From Nemertoderma westbladi (taxonomy: Eukaryota > Animalia > Xenacoelomorpha), in assembly GCA_032718475.1 (NCBI GenBank), contig JAUCBJ010007569.1, forward strand, positions 1-64,000: a DNA stretch of 64,000 nt, read 5' to 3'. The notes under the pieces were generated by a model. It made no database searches. It had not been told where the DNA came from and saw only the letters and a list, made by a program, of their open reading frames with translations. Position 1 is the stretch's first letter, and each line of letters starts with the position of its first letter. Shown here piece after piece: positions 35,171-46,536 of this stretch. The translations under genes were made by a program, and so were the position numbers.

Positions 35171-36480
35171 AGAGTTTATGCGATTATTCGCAACATTCAT
35201 GTCCCCAAGTTTATTCCTACAGTAATTGTGTTTGTTACACATACCGTTATAGTTAAACTAACCCCGGTACTACATCAGGGCTGCTTGGCGTAGGTAAAGA
35301 CTGACGACTTTGTGCTTCGGTCACTCCAGCAGATGCCGTGGTTCTTTTAACTGTTCAAGTATATTTAACTACTGATTATTTGTTATACCGGTACTTGTAC
35401 CTAATTTAGGGTTTAGTGTACAGTGCTATCCGAAGTAATTAGTGTAGGCAGTATATTTGTGTTGTAAAGTGGTTGATAGGCACATTCGTTAGCTCTATTA
35501 GCTTCTGGGTAGGAACAATCCGTGATACATAACGTAGTACCTATAGCGATACGGTTATAGGTCGTCAGGCGGTGGTATTTTCCTATCTGGACAGTACAAT
35601 ATATTTACTACTACTTATTATTTAAATACCGTAGTACCCTGTTCTTTGTAATAACCAGAAATCTAACCCTTTGTTGGACTGGTTGTAGACTTCCTGTAAA
35701 ATTACCCTAAAAAATTCGTACGTCATATTTTGTTGTGTTTTAATTAGAGAATTAATCTCACCCGTATCGTAAGTAATTCGTAGTATTAAGTAACTTAGGT
35801 AAATTAGAATTATCAGTTTTAGTGTCAAATAAATAGCACTTCACTGAGAGGCGTTCAGCTTCTGTGTAGTGACCCCCCAGAAATAATAACATTTATTTCA
35901 AATATTGACAAAAAACCCATATAACGGGTATATAAATATTATAAATCAAATCAAACGATTTAGAAATAGTAGGCCTGTCATACAAAAACTAGGTCTCACT
36001 ATCAGTTGGACTACTGCTTAAATAACAGTAACAAAGTAAGTTAAAGTAACCAAGTAGCCCTAAAATATTCAGAGATTCAAATATTCTAAAATAATTGACA
36101 TACCGGTACTCACTATAGGCTTATTATATTTATCTCTATAAATTTGAGCGGAAATCATACCGGTACTCTGTAATTAATTCTAGTTCATAATTATACTTAC
36201 ATGCTGTAAGTGTAAGCTGTATACCGGTATTCATTATAGGCCTACTATATATATATATATATATTTGTGCTAAAATTATATACCGGTACTCTGTGACAAA
36301 TCTAGTCTGTAATAATACTTATATATTATAAGCATACCGGTATTCTAATATATTGTATATATATCACGTTCCACTGAGTAACGGTACCGGTAATAAATAG
36401 CTAGGCTTGCGGTCATACTGAATTACTAGACTTGCTTTAACTGAAACTATAGTAGTAGACATTCAACTGTATAACTAAAC

Positions 36481-39400
36481 ATGTCTGACACTCAGCAAAA
36501 CCTGTCGGACAGTCTGATCGAGACCACTATCTGTGATTCAGATAGGAGTGTGGAGCGAATAAGAGAGAAGTTCGGCTCACCTCCTACTGTAAAAAAGGTC
36601 ATCCCTCCAGTAGTATCAGACCCTAGGCTAGTCCACCATAGGTCCATCATAGGCACTCGGGCACAGGTAAAACGGGACCAAGAGGCAGCTGTCCTATCGC
36701 AGCAACATCTTGGTCAAGAACCTACTTCCCAGAGACCAGATAGCTCCAGCAGTTCGGATACTGTAGAGTTGACTCCCGAACATGGAGTGCAGATGGCTGA
36801 TACAGTCTACTCGGACCCCCTTCTTACTCTTCCTGCTGCAGTGCTAACTACTATACTCATTGCGGTGGAGGAACATCAAGCCGACTGGGCGAAGAATAAG
36901 CAAGCGACCCAAGATAATTACGCGGGATACGCCAGGGAAGAATTGATATCTATTGTTGAATCACAATGGAACTTTCCCGGACTCGGACTCCCGTTGGACC
37001 TGTCCGAGGCTACTTGGGAAGATATACACAGGATGGGAGTGGCTCAAGATACAATGGATCCAGCTGTTTGGAAGAGGTCGGCAGCAGGATATGTGCAGGG
37101 ATTCTTCGGATCCTTGGAGCGATTGGAAGAACAACTGTTTCGACAACCTCACGGACCTCAAGAGCAGGAAGAACTGCTATATCAAATACGCGAAAGAACC
37201 CTACGCATTCGACTAATCCTCTCAGCCTTTGAGGAAACTTCCAAAAGAAGACAGGACACGTCGCTGCAGGTTGCTGTCAAAACTTGGCTACATCGAGTAG
37301 ATCTCAAAGTACAGGAAACAGCCCAGTGGAAATCCCAGCTGGCTGAGAGATCAACCTATGAGGAACCAACTGATGTCACCGAACCAACTGATGTCACCCT
37401 TGCTCAAGAGGAAAGCGAAGAGGCCGCCGAGAAACCGCGAACTAGAGACGCTATCGACATTTATTTGTCCGACTATCAGCGATTCCTAGGAGACGAAGAG
37501 TTGAGGAGACGGCTACATGGACTTTCCCCTAATAGTGAAGGAACCAAGCTTATATTGGACGCGATCGATACCGAAATGTTAGCTGCAAACCAAGCTGAAT
37601 GTGATGAAAAACTCCGTCTCACTAGAGTCCGAGAAGAACAAATAAAGAAAAGAAGGATAGAGGAACAAAAGGCGGCGGCTATGGCGGCGGCTACGGCAGA
37701 AGCAGAAGCCGAAAGAAAGGCAGTGGCGGCAGAAGCAGCAGCAGAAAGAAAGGCAGTGGCGGCAGAAGCAGCAGCAGAAAGAAAGACAGCAGCGGCAGAA
37801 GTAGAAGCAGAAAGAAAGGTGGCAAAGGCAGTGAGAGAAGCAGAAAGGAGAGCATCTGAGCAGACTACCCAACTGGAGTTGGAGAATCTGCAAGAGACAC
37901 AAGACAGTATAACTAAACAGTTTACTGCTAATCAAATGCAGATGATGAGAAAATCTACCCCCAAACGCCAGGGGTACACATCATCGGAGGAAGGCGATAC
38001 TACCGACCCTGAAGGCGGAGGAGATAGATCTCATCTAAGTAGGCGTAGAAAAACATATTACCGTCGTAAATTGCCTGATTTGCCCCCAGCTGTTAAAAGA
38101 CAGCTAACTAGCACAGATTTAGGTAGTGCAGAACCTATAGAACAATTTATCCAGGTCAAAAGACTCCCTACTATAGTCGATGAACCTGAAATAATTAGGC
38201 CTGTAATTCCCAAAGTCACTTCTATGCTAGAGACCCCTACACTTCCAGAGCTTAACTCTAAATTCCCTTTACATAGCACTACACTGCCTGTACCCGGTGG
38301 AACAGTCCATGCAAATACACCTGTACAGATAGCAGAGAGAGAAATCAATAATTTGTCTCCCGTCGTCCCGCGTCAGCCCGCTACTATGTTGGCGACTCCC
38401 GCTTCGGCGGTTGAGTGGGTGGAAGAGGGACGGCGGGGGATGAATCTCCTGCTAGGACAGATGCAGGAGACTGTCCACCAACTTAAGGGAACAGTGAGGG
38501 AAGGTAGAGCAGAGTTGCGAGAAGTGCAGCAAAGTATCGCGCTAGAACGCGACAAATTAGTCAATATACAAAAAGGCATACCAATGCCCCCTGTAACATT
38601 GTGTCAACCCGTTAGGTCTGAAGTATTACATGCGCAAGGTGTTGAGCCTACACGTATCTATACTGCTAGTGAAGTTGAAACTCCTATAGCAAACCCTATT
38701 AAGGGTGATGATAGACCTGTTATCAATGATATTCCCTATAGACCTGATAATGATCCGAGAAATTTGTATACCGATAATTCGATATTAAATAACACGATGG
38801 CCCAAGAAAGCTTTACGCGTCAGATGGCTAGAACAGAAGCCCGCCAAGCGGTCAAAGTGGGAGAGATCGTCAAATTCAATGGGGATGAGATGAAATGGTT
38901 ACCTTTCAACGAATATTACAAAGATAGCATACAGAACTCTGTACTATCTAACGGAGAGAAACTTAGATTCCTCATCAAGTGCTTGGAAGGACCTCCCAAG
39001 TTAATGGCGTTAAAGTTTATTGGACATCCAGATGGATTAAGACAAGTTTGGGATACATTAAACATCAGGTATGGTAACAAGGATAACATAGCTAAGTATT
39101 TGTATGCAAAATTAGTAGCCCCTCGACACTTCCTTAGTAGTGGGATTATAGAGTTTTCCGATGAAATTCAAGAGATCTGTAGACAACTGGACTGGTTAGG
39201 TAAGTCGCACGAATACCAGAGTTCCATGGTTATTGGAGCCGTAGTCTCTACTTTACCAAAGGGTGGAGTATGTACACGCTGGGACAAGAAAGTGTTGTAC
39301 ATGAATGAACAACAACGACGAAGTCCTACCATGGCTGATCTCATGTCTTTCTTAGATAGTGAAGTAAAATTACAACTCATAAGGCAGGCCAGAGAGAAAA

Positions 39401-41133
39401 CATCGGAAAATAAGGTAAGTGAGAAACCCGATTCTAGGAGAAGGATAATACCAGTGTGTTATACTGACGACGGCGAAAGCCAAGCTTCTCAAGAAGAGGA
39501 CAGCGGGAAAGACACAGCAAAATCTTACTATGACAACAAGACCTACAAAGACGTAAGTAAATACAAGTCTCGAACCAGTGACAGGAGAGAACAGGTAACA
39601 ACAACTCCTCCTACGTCTCCTAAGAGAATTCACGGAAGAAAGCCCGAAGAAAGAACGAGAGTGCATAACGTTACCCAAGGTAAGGTGAGTAACATCAAAC
39701 CAAAATGTGCGCTGTGCGACGGGCCTCACCGTTTGAGTGCGTGTGCTGAATTTCTAAAGAAATCCCCTGTAGACAGACGTACAGTCCTGTGGAATAAGCG
39801 GTTATGCTATAATTGCCTCAGATCAGGACACCAACGGCGAACCTGTTACTCCGACGCAAAGTGTGCAAAGTGTGGCGCGAAACATCACATTTTGTTACAC
39901 AGTGAGTTCGAACGAGACAACCCGAGTCAGGTAAGTGAGCCCGAACTACATGTCCAATTCAGTGATGTGAACGACACTGACCAAGGTTCTGAGTGGGAAG
40001 GATTCTATACAGACGAATTCTCCGATGCCAACGAATCCTGTTATCTAATAAATACCACAGTGTATCGAGCACTTACGGATGAAAAGGACACTGACGAGTT
40101 TACTCCAACTCCTTTTGACAAACAACCATCTTGGAAAGTTCCAACTTCCAACATAGGAATAAGAGAATTTCCTGTAGTGCAAGTTCGAGTTCATGGTCCC
40201 AACAAGAGTTACATAGTGAACGCCCTACTTGACTCCGGCAGCACAGGAACATTCATCGATCAAGAACTAGCCGAAGATATCTTTGCTGGACAACCCAAGT
40301 TCCGGACTAAATTGAATATGTCAGGAATTATGCAGGTTTGGAAATCTACCCTAACGGCAGATTACTATGTAGGTGTGTTGTCCACCCCCCAGGATAAGTT
40401 AGGAACACAAGGTATAAGGTCAGTAAAAATGGTGGCTATAAAGAACTTTGCTACTACTCAAGCAGAACCTTATAACTGGGACGAGGACGAGTGCATCCAA
40501 CATCTTGAGATACCTCGATTCCAAACCGATTATCCTGGAGTGCAAATACTTATCGGCCAAAACGCGCATGAGGCGCTCGAGCCATTAGAGAAACGGCCTG
40601 CTCAACCACAGCCACTACAAACCTATGCGGTAAGAACTAGAGTAGGTTGGTACTTCACTGGCCCTTCCCGTAGAACTCTCAAAGAGAGATTACCTCAACA
40701 ACAGGTATACCAAGTAAAGGGGGAAGTGGAGAGCAGTGATGTGGACGACCCAACTGAGGGAACACCATACTCCTCAGATAATGACGATATTAACTCCAAT
40801 GTAGATCAATGGAGACATTGCCTTGGGACGATTAATCCAGCCGACATCGCTTCCAGAGGAGCAACTCCTCAAGAACTGATAGATACTCCAGGCTGGTTAG
40901 GTGGATCCGACTTCTTAAGTAAAGAAGAAGAAGAATGGCCTCCTCATCTTACCACGGCGGAGAGTAGACAGGCCAAGGGAGCGGAGAAACTAACACAACC
41001 ACTCAATCGCCCAGCTAGTCGTTTATGTTTACTGGAAAGAGACCGAAAACTGTCCGGAAACTATGGAAGGCAAGATACTCTTCCTACGACCACTTCCCTA
41101 ATCCGACAAATATCTAGGGACTCCATAACGTAA
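36481..41133 (+). CDS. Element C Gag-protease polyprotein (1550 aa) with in-frame deletions of RT/RNase H and integrase
   Basis: KFNGDEMKWLPF, three Cys-His knuckles (CALCDGPHRLSAC, CYNCLRSGHQRRTC, CAKCGAKHHILLH), LLDSGSTGTFI, then directly QWRHCLGTINPADIASRG and RPASRLCLLE. Confidence 0.92.
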   Translation: MSDTQQNLSDSLIETTICDSDRSVERIREKFGSPPTVKKVIPPVVSDPRLVHHRSIIGTRAQVKRDQEAAVLSQQHLGQEPTSQRPDSSSSSDTVELTPEHGVQMADTVYSDPLLTLPAAVLTTILIAVEEHQADWAKNKQATQDNYAGYAREELISIVESQWNFPGLGLPLDLSEATWEDIHRMGVAQDTMDPAVWKRSAAGYVQGFFGSLERLEEQLFRQPHGPQEQEELLYQIRERTLRIRLILSAFEETSKRRQDTSLQVAVKTWLHRVDLKVQETAQWKSQLAERSTYEEPTDVTEPTDVTLAQEESEEAAEKPRTRDAIDIYLSDYQRFLGDEELRRRLHGLSPNSEGTKLILDAIDTEMLAANQAECDEKLRLTRVREEQIKKRRIEEQKAAAMAAATAEAEAERKAVAAEAAAERKAVAAEAAAERKTAAAEVEAERKVAKAVREAERRASEQTTQLELENLQETQDSITKQFTANQMQMMRKSTPKRQGYTSSEEGDTTDPEGGGDRSHLSRRRKTYYRRKLPDLPPAVKRQLTSTDLGSAEPIEQFIQVKRLPTIVDEPEIIRPVIPKVTSMLETPTLPELNSKFPLHSTTLPVPGGTVHANTPVQIAEREINNLSPVVPRQPATMLATPASAVEWVEEGRRGMNLLLGQMQETVHQLKGTVREGRAELREVQQSIALERDKLVNIQKGIPMPPVTLCQPVRSEVLHAQGVEPTRIYTASEVETPIANPIKGDDRPVINDIPYRPDNDPRNLYTDNSILNNTMAQESFTRQMARTEARQAVKVGEIVKFNGDEMKWLPFNEYYKDSIQNSVLSNGEKLRFLIKCLEGPPKLMALKFIGHPDGLRQVWDTLNIRYGNKDNIAKYLYAKLVAPRHFLSSGIIEFSDEIQEICRQLDWLGKSHEYQSSMVIGAVVSTLPKGGVCTRWDKKVLYMNEQQRRSPTMADLMSFLDSEVKLQLIRQAREKTSENKVSEKPDSRRRIIPVCYTDDGESQASQEEDSGKDTAKSYYDNKTYKDVSKYKSRTSDRREQVTTTPPTSPKRIHGRKPEERTRVHNVTQGKVSNIKPKCALCDGPHRLSACAEFLKKSPVDRRTVLWNKRLCYNCLRSGHQRRTCYSDAKCAKCGAKHHILLHSEFERDNPSQVSEPELHVQFSDVNDTDQGSEWEGFYTDEFSDANESCYLINTTVYRALTDEKDTDEFTPTPFDKQPSWKVPTSNIGIREFPVVQVRVHGPNKSYIVNALLDSGSTGTFIDQELAEDIFAGQPKFRTKLNMSGIMQVWKSTLTADYYVGVLSTPQDKLGTQGIRSVKMVAIKNFATTQAEPYNWDEDECIQHLEIPRFQTDYPGVQILIGQNAHEALEPLEKRPAQPQPLQTYAVRTRVGWYFTGPSRRTLKERLPQQQVYQVKGEVESSDVDDPTEGTPYSSDNDDINSNVDQWRHCLGTINPADIASRGATPQELIDTPGWLGGSDFLSKEEEEWPPHLTTAESRQAKGAEKLTQPLNRPASRLCLLERDRKLSGNYGRQDTLPTTTSLIRQISRDSIT

Positions 41134-41141
41134 TAACATAT

Positions 41142-41599
41142 GGAGTGGGCGTGTGACTATATCATTTTATATTTGTTTTTATTTTATATTTATGTATGTA
41201 TTATTATGTAATATTATTATAATCGTTTTCTTTAATTTTATTTGGTAGAATGTTATTTTAGGGATTATTTAGTAAATTAGTGCAATATATTAGTGTTTAT
41301 TACGTATTTAATTACTTACAATATATTTAGTGCGACGGCAAGAAATAATTATTTTTCTCTTTCCTTACTGTCCGTATTATATTATAAATGCGAGACTATA
41401 GTAAGATGACATGTCAGTACTTCTTAAAGTACAATAAAGCCACTACTATATTTAAGTATTATTGGTAGGCAGAGTATTAGGAATGCAAAGTTCAGATCCT
41501 CGTGTCTCGGCTAAACCAGGCTCTGGGTAGACCTTGGAAACGACTTGCCTCTTCACACTGACATTGCTTCGTGCGATATTGCTCTTCTACCTTATAACA
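41142..41599 (+). promoter_or_regulatory. Internal LTR-like segment in element C
   Basis: Purine-rich GGAGTGGGCG then TGT at 41152; TATAAA 41383; TCAGT 41414; AATAAA 41433; ACA at 41597-41599. Confidence 0.5.
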
Positions 41600-42754
41600 A
41601 ATAATACATATAGTAGCGTGATGTCCCTCTAACAGTAGCGTCAATCGCAAATAAATCTGTTAAACTTTTGACCATCTGTAATTCTAGTCGATTAAGATAT
41701 CGTGGCACCCACCGATATACTTGAAAGACAAATTCTAGAATCAGTGGTTAACGTCCCCAGACAAGTTCTGGAATAAATTGGTGCCCATCCTAAATATTAA
41801 TTTAATATTTGTTAAAATCTGTAAAATCCCGATCCTTTAAAATTTCTAGTCAATTAAGATATCGCAGTATTTACCGATATTCTTAGAAGGACTATTTTAC
41901 AGAATTAAGGATCCTGAGTCCCCAGATATGCTCTGGAATAAAATTTATGTCAATTTAATATCAAATAATAAAATTCACGGGAATAAATTTAAATTCATAC
42001 TCGAATGAATTTCATAAATTGTCATTTTGTGCAATTTATAACATTCCCAAAATTCCAGTAATTAATAGATCATGGGAGCGGAGATTCATATTGAGTGTGC
42101 TAGAGTGTGAGAATCTCCAACATATAGTCAATAGCCGATAAAATTTATAAAATCATGCATAAAGAGGATATTGACAATTAAAGAATTACTATTAAATAAC
42201 ATCCCAGATCTGTATGCATGAGGATTGCCCTAATTCTACCGCTAGTTTTCCATAATGTCACCATGGCAACACCCACGCTAGAATTAGAAGCAAGTTAAAA
42301 GAACAATAAAAGGCTTGCCCCATTGCGTAGCATAAGAGTATACATAGCGCGCTATTAGTATCCAAGGATACATAGTAAATAAGTGACATTCTGGAAGACA
42401 CTGACTAACGGACAAATGGTATGCATGTGTGCAGTAAGTAATGATTGTATGGAATTTGTGCGTTTATAGGTGAATGTTACTACTAAAGTGTGTTTACAGT
42501 AGCTAATCGCAATTGTAAAATAGCCCTAACTCTACCGAGATAACCTCAAGTGGATTCAAGCCTTTGGGACGGACAGTGGTGGGACTTGTGTCGATTGTCG
42601 TTGTCGTGCTGTTGCTACATGTTGGCGCAAACACCGCGACAGCGGTACATCGGCGCTGAGAAACCCACTGTCCGGGGTCAAAGACTAGTAGGCAGCGACG
42701 CCCGCTTGCCTAAATATTGACTCATACTAATATTAACAAACTCAGATAGCAGAT

Positions 42755-44044
42755 ATGACGGAATTGATAGAAGATGACCTTGGTATTAGAGAGCGATATA
42801 CTCTACCTTTACAAGCGTTTGTGGATAGCTTGATACGCGGTGAAGCCGATCCGACTATTACGGAGGACGATGGTCGTTATATCGAACCGCCGATGTCCCA
42901 AGAGCAACTTACGTGTGAATTGGACTATCGAAAATTAACCGCTCGCTATACGCATCGTAATGGTACGTATATGGACTTCTTAACTACCGGCCATCCTATC
43001 GATTTACATGATACGGACGATGTAGACACCGAAAGGGAAATGGTTCTATTTAAATATCATACCCAGCGGCGTCGTAACGATAAACCGAGAATAGATCACG
43101 AAAATTCTATTCGTAACAGACTGGGAAGACGAACCAATATGTCTGGAATCTGAAGAGATTCAGCCTATCGCGCTCGGAACAACGACAACGATTACATCCT
43201 AGAATGGTATCAAGGTCCACAGTGTCTCACTGCGTACGATTATCGCCATGCCAACTATGTTTCTCGGCAACGTTGTCGGTTATGCGCATCGAGAGACCAT
43301 GTTACGCCCATGGACACAAACGTCCGCTGTTCCTATTTCCACGAACAACCGGCGATGGAAATTTATTGCGCGTATTGCAGATTTAATAATTTGCATATTT
43401 TTGCGGTTTGCCCTCAATTTATGACTCAATGTCACCACTGTCAACTAAAGGGACACGCCAGTTTCGATTGCCCTTTTTAATCGCGATTTGGAAAGCGTAG
43501 ATGAAATGATCACACTACGTTACATTAGAGCTTGGGAAGCGAACGCTGATTTACATCGTGATTCGCGCCATCGCTATTATCCTGGACGCGCTTACGAAGG
43601 AATTTATGCGTTCCATCCTTATCTATTCGCTTCTGTCAAACAGAAATCACGCATATCGAGTTACAGGAAGTATATCGACGGCCTTACGAGTACCAAGCCC
43701 GCGAACGCGAGTTGGAAAGAACCATTAAACCAAGGAAGTTTCTAACTGCCTATGGTCCACCCACGGCCCTCGTTCAGACCACTCGTAAAGGACCCGTAAG
43801 AGCGGCTGTCTTGAAACGAGCTCTCAAAGCCGTTAGACCCCTCTCCCCGGACGTTGATGTCAATCAACCCGGTACTTCGACCGGCGGATATACCGATCGC
43901 AATCCCATACCTTCTGATGCAATCATATTGCACCCTTCACCCAGGAGTTATAGCCCTCCTAGTAAAGTGGCTCGCCCCAAAGAGAAAAGGACTCTTGCTA
44001 GCTTCAAAAAACTGCGTAAACGCCGTCCGCGCAAGAAAGACTAA
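42755..44044 (+). pseudogene. Element C ORF3 (about 430 codons; one stop, two frameshifts), zinc-knuckle protein homologous in layout to ORF3 of B
   Basis: Reading through TGA 43151 gives CRLCASRDH...C, CAYCRFNNLHIFAVC and CHHCQLKGHASFDC; basic tail KKLRKRRPRKKD. Confidence 0.75.
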
Positions 44045-44122
44045 CTGTTTAGAGTATTTTTGTATTTTAGAAACTGTGATTTTGTATATTTTATAGACTT
44101 AAATCCCATTTTCTGGGAGCGG

Positions 44123-45368
44123 TGTAAAAGCTTTTGTGGGATAACTGATACGTTTGCCTTTGCTGGCCAGTTCCCCCCCAGGCGCTGGAATACTCTAAAA
44201 GGGTTCTCTGACTGTATATATATTCCCTTCGCCCGCAAGGTACCTTTACAGGTGTTTTAACGGACATAAAAGTAATTCTGCTATATACGTGTTTTAGTGG
44301 ACATGGTAAGGCAAAAAACCTGTAATGCACCAACTACCTTTCACAGCTTAGCCGTGATGATTCATATTACGACATCTAACAGCTGGTTGCTGACATGGAA
44401 ACAGCCATTGGATGTGTGGTTCTTTGTTTGGCTTGAGCCAATCAGAGCGATTTTTCCTGTCGACGTGTAGCTTTTAGTCGATCAGATGGAGAGTGTTCAG
44501 TCTTACTGTTTTTTCTTGTTACTTTGTTGTTATTGCTGTCTAAGCCAGAAACACCGGCATTTTAGTAAGAACTATAGTAAACTGCTTGAATTATCGAAAG
44601 TATAAACTGTTACCGAACTACTCATTAACTCATCTCACCTTGATACTTTACTTACTTAATTTAATTGCATTAATCATATTGTTTGTACTGTTATTTTACC
44701 GTCAGTTATTAATTGTACCTATTTGTTGATGGAAATATTGCTATTTGGATAATACGGATAAATCACCCAATTCCCAATTTTCTTGATAACACTACAGGTT
44801 AGAGAGACCGGCTATACATAACAATTGCGATTTATATTAATGTGGTGTGTATTGAATCCAATGTTATTTAGCAGACCCTACGTGAGTCAATTAATGCTCT
44901 CTTTATGTGTGATCAAATGTACTGACTGTCGGCAGAATAGTGTGTATGATTGTGATTGGTAACAAAGTATTTCCTAAAGAATACGCTTTATACTTCAATC
45001 ATAAGCAGTATCGTTGCGTTTAGTATAAGTCTTAGTTCTGTTTAAATAGATAAAGCGCCACGTCCTAAAGGAACTGTTAATATTTCCCGAAAGCCAATAA
45101 TATCTGTCAGAGATTAATTATTAACGATCTATCGAATAATACATTAGGTATACACTGCAACCTTACACTGTAATAATACAATTCAAGCATCCGAATTCAG
45201 TCTCCCGGGTGTAGATCCATCGGGTGAATGATTGCGCATGGGCTGACTTCGGCTAATGTTTTGCGTATTAGCATAAATTATTGTCGTATGCTAAAGTGGT
45301 TTTAATTAACTAAAAGACATATAAATTTTGGCAGGTTAAACTGCTAAAGGTCTTCAAAAGCGCGAACA
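44123..45368 (+). repeat. 3' LTR of element C
   Basis: 1246-bp direct repeat followed by TSD GCATT. Confidence 0.97.
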
Positions 45369-46536
45369 GCATTATAATTATCATAACTTCAGGGATAATG
45401 ACTGTAGAAAGGATCTAATGCCACGGTTAACAAAAACAGTTTCTATTTATATGGCTATTCCATTCTCACGGATGTCTTCAGTAAATAAATGTATATATCT
45501 GTCTATATCTGAACTTGGTGGCATAATAATTAATTAGTTGTACCGTACGTCAAATTTAATATTATGGTTTAGGTTTATAAATTGTGTTTTAATGTTGTAT
45601 ATTATACATTTTAATTTACTTACTGTAGACGTCGCCGTGAGAATGGAATGGCCATATTGCCTGAGTTGAAGACAGTGTAATAACGATATATTAATGACTA
45701 TATAGAGCCGAAATTATGTAGTGCTTGACATAAAAACTAAACTGAACACAGAAAGAACAATTTTTAACGATATAATTGGGTTGGTGTGCGCAATTGATTA
45801 ATGGGTAAAAAGGTGCCATGAATGGAGTGGAGGGTGTGTTTTTTGTAAAAACACGAGGAAAGCGTCGAATTTTCGGGTTTAAGTAAGCGCGGGAAGCCCA
45901 TTTTGAAAATAGGCTGTGATTGGCTGCTACATATTTGACGTCATTACGCAGTGATCTGATAATTTTTTATCTTGGTTTCTATAGATGGTGATTTTCTATC
46001 CATTCAAATACACTTTAAATGTCAATCATTTCACACTTATATTAATTGAAAGCGGAGATTCTTGCGCGTCTTTTAACACTGCAATTTATTCAATTCATTA
46101 TGAGGAACAATGATAAAATGTTGTTTGCAATTTTGCAAACTTGGTAGATTGCCGGTTCCTGCTACCTAACAGCCTTATCCATATTTATGCTACGACCGGG
46201 ATTTAGGGCTGATATATTACGGTCCAGTCGACAAGTAAGACAAGTTGACAATTGTGAACAGCATTTCATCCATGTTTATCATCATCATTAATTTAATTAA
46301 TTTTAGTATCAATAGAAACTCAAGTCTCTTCGCTTTCAATTGATATAAGCCACATATAAAATTATTGAGATTAAATGTCTCAATAATATTATTGACGGAA
46401 TGCTAGCTGTATTACGGCAGATTGTAATACTGCTCAACTGTACAACAACTGCAGAATAGTACCTAATCCACTAACTGACTATACTGTAATCAGACAATCA
46501 GACTGTCTGAAGTTAAATCGCGATCACAGTTTCGCG

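Larger units (their letters stand above)
32968..45368 (+). mobile_element. BEL/Pao element C: non-autonomous (RT and integrase deleted), long LTRs, extra ORF3
   Basis: 1246-bp TGT...ACA LTRs; TSD GCATT at 32963-32967 and 45369-45373; PPT-like GGGAGCGG before 44123. Confidence 0.97.
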
